64,000 bases of DNA from Gemmatimonadales bacterium (GTDB taxonomy: Bacteria; Gemmatimonadota; Gemmatimonadetes; Gemmatimonadales; GWC2-71-9), in assembly GCA_965249575.1 (NCBI GenBank), contig OZ252244.1, positions 1,280,001-1,344,000 of the forward strand. The letters are read 5' to 3'. The notes beneath the pieces are model-generated. The model did no database searches. It was given only the letters and a program-made list of their open reading frames with translations, and had not been told where the DNA came from. A program made the position numbers and the translations under genes. Below, in pieces: positions 59,957 to 64,000 of the stretch. Positions within the stretch are counted from its first letter, which is position 1; the number at the start of each line of letters is the position of its first letter.

Positions 59957-60742
59957 CTAGAAGACCTCCTTGGCCCGGCACTCGGGGGCCACGGCATCGA
60001 TCCGCTTTGCCAACTCCGGCAGGTGGCGCGTAGGTACCGCCGGAAACCAGTGATGCTCCAAATGATAGAACATCTGGTAGGATAGGGTCGTCTTCCACCA
60101 ACCACGTTGGGTGCGCGCATAGAGCGTGTGACCCGCGCAGCCATGATGCACCGACCACACCGCGAAGAAGCCGGTCAGGCACTCCCCGAGCAACATCATG
60201 CTCACGTGAACCCGCGCCCAGTGGGGGACCGGAGTGAAAGCAGCCAGCAGGATGACGGCCGCGACGACTCCCAGTTCCGCTCGAATCCATTGCCGCTGCC
60301 AGACCTTCGATAGCCGGTATCCGGCCACGTGCAGATGGCCGATGAACCACGGACCGATCAGGATCGCGCGCCACCACGGCATGCGGGCCGTGACCGATTC
60401 GACGTCCGATGGCTTCATGCACTCCCGATGGTGATGCAGGTGGGTTGCCTGAATCGCGTGCATGCTGGAGACCATCAGGCTACTGCATATAGCGAGCACT
60501 GCGTCCTGCGCCCTGCGCGACAGTCCCAGCGTGTAGTGCTGGGCACCGTGCACGACGCGGAGTCCCGTGAGAAAGAAAAAGAAGGAGGCAACAGCCCCGA
60601 AGAGTAACCAGCCGCGGGAGTAGCAGATCGCCGACCCAATCAACCAAGGCAGCGGAAGCGACAGCTCCCTGAGGCTCTCCGTCTTCGCGACGTGCCTCAG
60701 ATCGGTCCAGCGGAGGCCGCGCAGAGCCGGCGGACGCGTCAT
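59957..60742 (-). CDS. Fatty acid desaturase family protein
   Basis: His boxes HGAQH, HLHHH and YHLEHH; TM segments. Confidence 0.8.
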   Translation of the reverse strand: MTRPPALRGLRWTDLRHVAKTESLRELSLPLPWLIGSAICYSRGWLLFGAVASFFFFLTGLRVVHGAQHYTLGLSRRAQDAVLAICSSLMVSSMHAIQATHLHHHRECMKPSDVESVTARMPWWRAILIGPWFIGHLHVAGYRLSKVWQRQWIRAELGVVAAVILLAAFTPVPHWARVHVSMMLLGECLTGFFAVWSVHHGCAGHTLYARTQRGWWKTTLSYQMFYHLEHHWFPAVPTRHLPELAKRIDAVAPECRAKEVF

Positions 60743-60819
60743 CGGCACGCCGAGCAGACTCGGCGAATGCAGGGCCCACTCAGCAAGGGAGTTGTTTCCA
60801 AGAGGATTTGCGTCAGGCG

Positions 60820-61479
60820 TTAGGGCTCGGCCGATCGTGTGAGTCGGTGGCGCTCCACCCACCCCGCCCACAACGGCAGTATCCATATCGCGAGAGCGAC
60901 CAAGGCCACTGCGGTGGCACTAGGTGGAGGAGGAGACCACGGCTGGGAGATCCATATCCCTCCAGTCAATGCGACGAGGCCCCAGAGCGCCCATCGGCCC
61001 AGCGGTCCGGCCGGCTTCACTCTATACGCGTACAGAGCGACGGCTCCCGCAAAGAAGGCTCCCTCGACGAGGATCGTCCCCGCGATCGAGTTCCACAGGC
61101 CCAACCCCACCCTCGGTCCTCCCGCCCAGAGCGGCAGGTCCGGACGATGGGTGAAGAAATCCAGCACCCAGTGACTGAACACGACCGCCCCCAGAATCCA
61201 GGCGGCTCGCCCATCCCGGAGAATCGCACGGGCTATCAACCCGACGACGACGCCCCACAGGATAGCCATCACGAGGCTATGGCTCCAGGGATATGCTTCG
61301 AAGGCCAGCGGAGTGAAAGCCGTGTTCCCCGGCTCCACCCGAACCACCTCAATCCCGGTGAGCACCAACAGAGGCCACAACAGATCCAGTCCAAAGGAGG
61401 CGGCGACGAGCCCTGCCAGTGGTACGCGCGGTTCAACCGCCTTCGTAGCGAATGCTACGGCTAGGTGTCCTACGAACAT
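60820..61479 (-). CDS. Membrane-bound metal-dependent hydrolase-like protein
   Basis: MFVGH, YPWSHSL, SHWVLDFFTHRPDLP and GLGLWN. Confidence 0.78.
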   Translation of the reverse strand: MFVGHLAVAFATKAVEPRVPLAGLVAASFGLDLLWPLLVLTGIEVVRVEPGNTAFTPLAFEAYPWSHSLVMAILWGVVVGLIARAILRDGRAAWILGAVVFSHWVLDFFTHRPDLPLWAGGPRVGLGLWNSIAGTILVEGAFFAGAVALYAYRVKPAGPLGRWALWGLVALTGGIWISQPWSPPPPSATAVALVALAIWILPLWAGWVERHRLTRSAEP

Positions 61480-61768
61480 GGTCCATCCACGGCTTGACCC
61501 CCTGAATGGGTACAAAAGGGGACTGACGTACTGAGCGCTTCTCCCGCTCTCACTGGCAGCGGCATGTATTCGGGTCGCCTGTCTCGTCGCCGCGCGCAGC
61601 AGAAGAATTCGAGGGGTAGCCGGTTCGATCTCCTGGTACCTCTACCCGTTCAAGGATCACCCACTGCGGCCGGTGTTTCAACCCGTGTGGGCCCTGACGC
61701 CGTCCCTGGCCGCAGAAGGGGATCAAGCACCCGGCTAAGGTTTCTCTGGCGAGGGGCCGATCAGTGCA

Positions 61769-62665
61769 TTGTCGCTCCTGTCCTTATCGAGAAGGGATCG
61801 GTCGTCCGTGGCGCAGTTCATCAGTGAGTTCCTGGACGTCCTAGCGAAAGGGGATGACCTTCCCACGCTCCCGATTGCCGTGTTGGAGCTTCACGCCGCG
61901 TTGGACGACGACCTCGCGAGCGACAGCAAGGTCGCCGAAATCATCAACCGCGACCCCCCACTGGCGACCCGGCTCCTACGTCTCGCGAATTCAGCCGCAT
62001 TTAACCGGGGAACGCCGGTTGGGGAAGTCCGCGGTGCGCTTCAGCTCCTCGGACTCCGACAGGTCCGCGCGCTGAGCGTCGCGTTGGCCGTCGTCAGCGC
62101 GTTCTCCACCCGCAAGGGCCGGCTGGACCATGAATCGTTCTGGCAGCACAGCGCCGGGGTGGCGTTTGCAGCGCGGGAGCTGGCGCGGTGCGTCGGCTAT
62201 TCGGAAAGCTCACCGGAACAGCTCTATGTGGGTGGCCTCCTACACGATGTGGGGTTGCTGCTGCTGGATCAGTATTTCCCGGACAGGCTATGGTTGCTCG
62301 TGGAAACGGCCGAAGCCGATGACGAGGCCCTCTGGAGAGTGGAGCAAGAGTTCCTGGGCACGGATCATGGCGAGATAGCTGGGCTGCTACTCGGTCGCTG
62401 GTCGCTGCCGGCGCCCATCGTGTCCATGGTCGCAGCGCACCATCATCCGAGAACGGCCCCGGTGGAGCTGCGCGACGCCAGCTGGTTCATCTACGCCGCC
62501 GAGATCCTCTGCAGTGGACTGGCCACACCCCTGCGAATCGAGCAGCTGAGTCACGCTCGCGCGTCCACCGTCCTGGACGCGGTGCGTTCCGCCAACTACG
62601 ACGTGGAACCCCTTCTGGCGGAAATAGCGCTCGTGGCCGACGAGACCGCGGCGATGATCGGGTGA
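61769..62665 (+). CDS. HDOD domain signalling protein
   Basis: LPTLP, DPPLATRLLRLANSA, FWQHS, GLLHDVG and DHGEIA-LL-RWSLP. Confidence 0.9.
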   Translation: MSLLSLSRRDRSSVAQFISEFLDVLAKGDDLPTLPIAVLELHAALDDDLASDSKVAEIINRDPPLATRLLRLANSAAFNRGTPVGEVRGALQLLGLRQVRALSVALAVVSAFSTRKGRLDHESFWQHSAGVAFAARELARCVGYSESSPEQLYVGGLLHDVGLLLLDQYFPDRLWLLVETAEADDEALWRVEQEFLGTDHGEIAGLLLGRWSLPAPIVSMVAAHHHPRTAPVELRDASWFIYAAEILCSGLATPLRIEQLSHARASTVLDAVRSANYDVEPLLAEIALVADETAAMIG

Positions 62666-62724
62666 CGGGTGGCATGCTAGACTGCCGTCGTTGGATTGCA
62701 GCCGGTCGGTTGCGCCGCAAGCAT

Positions 62725-63209
62725 TCAACTGTATTGCATCGGCTCGAAACCGAGGTACTTCCGGAGCAACGCAATTTGTCCGATGTGATACGACTCGTGC
62801 TGCAGGAGAAACGCCGCACCTCCGAGCGGAGTCCGATCCTCGATGGGAAACGAATGGCCTCCGGGCGGAGTGCTTGCTCCACGGTGAGTGCTTCGAGTCG
62901 GGCGACTAGATCGTCCGATACCGGACCCCATGCCGAAGCGATGTCGGACATCGAGGGAGGATCCGACATATCCTCCACGTTTCGCACTTTCGCCAGCGAA
63001 GCGCCAAACGGGTTGGACAACACGCCACCTATCAGCCCCGTGAGGTAGTACCTGGCATCGACGACGTGCGCCGCCAGGAAGACCACGTTGTTCGTCCGAC
63101 CGTTCGGTCGTCTTGCTGCCGCCGCGTCGTCGAGACCTTCGGTGCTGTTCGGGAACAACCGCCGATTCAGCTTTGCAATCTCGATTAGTGGCGCAACCGA
63201 TTCGATCAT
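62725..63209 (-). pseudogene. DinB family protein with one frameshift (~62845)
   Basis: LNRRLF...NNVVFLAAHVVDARY, then in another frame FLLQHESYHIGQIALLRK. Confidence 0.75.
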
Positions 63210-63506
63210 CGGCCATCCTCCATCTCAGGCTACCCGTTAGCCACGGCGGGGCGGCCGGGAGACGCTGGGACCATTCGCGCCGCCGGCACGAAGACCTCAA
63301 CGATGCTGCAGCCGCTAACAATCGTCCAGACACCGACTGGCTGCACGTCCCCGAAAGGGGACAGAGCAGCCCGCCGTGCACAGCGGTGCTCGCGTAAATC
63401 CCTTTTGTACAAACGGTTACACATCCGTAGGTCGAGGCATGCAGGTTGCTCATGACCAGCGTGGGCGGATCCTCGCCCGCACGCTCACATGCTGCTGGAG
63501 GCGACC

Positions 63507-64000
63507 ATGGCGCGAGTCCTGGCAACCATCGCACTGCTCCTGGCTTTCACGACTACGCTTGCGTCAGCCCAGGGACGTGGACGGAGCAGCGCCGTCCCTG
63601 TCGAGAAGTGTCGCGGGTTCTGGCTCGGTGTTGGTGCCGGCGGTGGCTGGGAGGATGTGGAATCGGCTTTCGGCAACTTCGGCCGCGGGGGATCCGCGTA
63701 CCTGCGAATGGGTGGCACCGTGAATCAGCACCTGTTAGTCGGGGGTGAAGCGCTCGTCTGGTTCCGTGAGAGCCGCGGCCGGGAGATCGATCGCGCGAAC
63801 GTGACGATTACCTCCCTCGTGTATCCGATACGTTCTGGCGGGTGGTTCCTGAAGGGCGGCTTTGGCGCGGCCTCCTTCGGCGTAAACGGAGGGGACAGCT
63901 CGGGAATTGGGGCCACGATCGGCACGGGGTTCGACTTCCGTATGGGTCGTGATAGTAACTTCTACCTCACTCCCAACGTCGATCTCCTGGTACAGCTGTT
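63507..64000 (+). CDS. Outer-membrane beta-barrel protein (partial, runs off the window; absent from the ORF track)
   Basis: GGAGG RBS; MARVLATIALLLAFTTTLASA-Q signal; GFWLGVGAGG, LRMGGTV, WFLKGGFG, GTGFDFR and YLTPNVD. Confidence 0.75.
   Translation, partial: MARVLATIALLLAFTTTLASAQGRGRSSAVPVEKCRGFWLGVGAGGGWEDVESAFGNFGRGGSAYLRMGGTVNQHLLVGGEALVWFRESRGREIDRANVTITSLVYPIRSGGWFLKGGFGAASFGVNGGDSSGIGATIGTGFDFRMGRDSNFYLTPNVDLLVQL

Noticed and set aside
54900..63400. Integron cassette array suggested by small co-oriented genes
   Set aside because: No paired RYYYAAC...GTTRRRY attC structures and no integrase were found

Overview
GC-rich bacterial DNA; the gene repertoire suggests Gemmatimonadota (inference). 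The dominant feature is 14 intact paralogues (P1-P14, about 30% of the window), all on the minus strand, of an uncharacterised secreted ~450-480 aa protein. It is a probable 7-bladed LVIVD/choice-of-anchor-B-like beta-propeller with four invariant histidines, variable loops and a near-invariant Trp/Asp C-terminal tail. The paralogues are interspersed with amide, amino-acid and acyl-CoA catabolic genes: amidohydrolases, D-aminoacylases, a split ArgZ-like pair between the two halves of a TAXI-TRAP transporter, an HD oxygenase-like gene, a CaiD-like hydratase and an atypical M20 protein. Also present are exbB/exbD-like genes, a Rex-type operator upstream of a nirK'::alginate-export fusion, a DUF4402 pilin/usher-like locus, a protein with four tandem zinc anti-sigma fingers and a possible -1 frameshift signal, three DinB genes and heptamer intergenic repeats. 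About nine frameshifts and three chimeric junctions affect non-paralogue genes only, so sequencing or assembly error must be excluded. No rRNA, tRNA, CRISPR array, integrase or transposase was seen. Family names come from motif recognition, not database searches.
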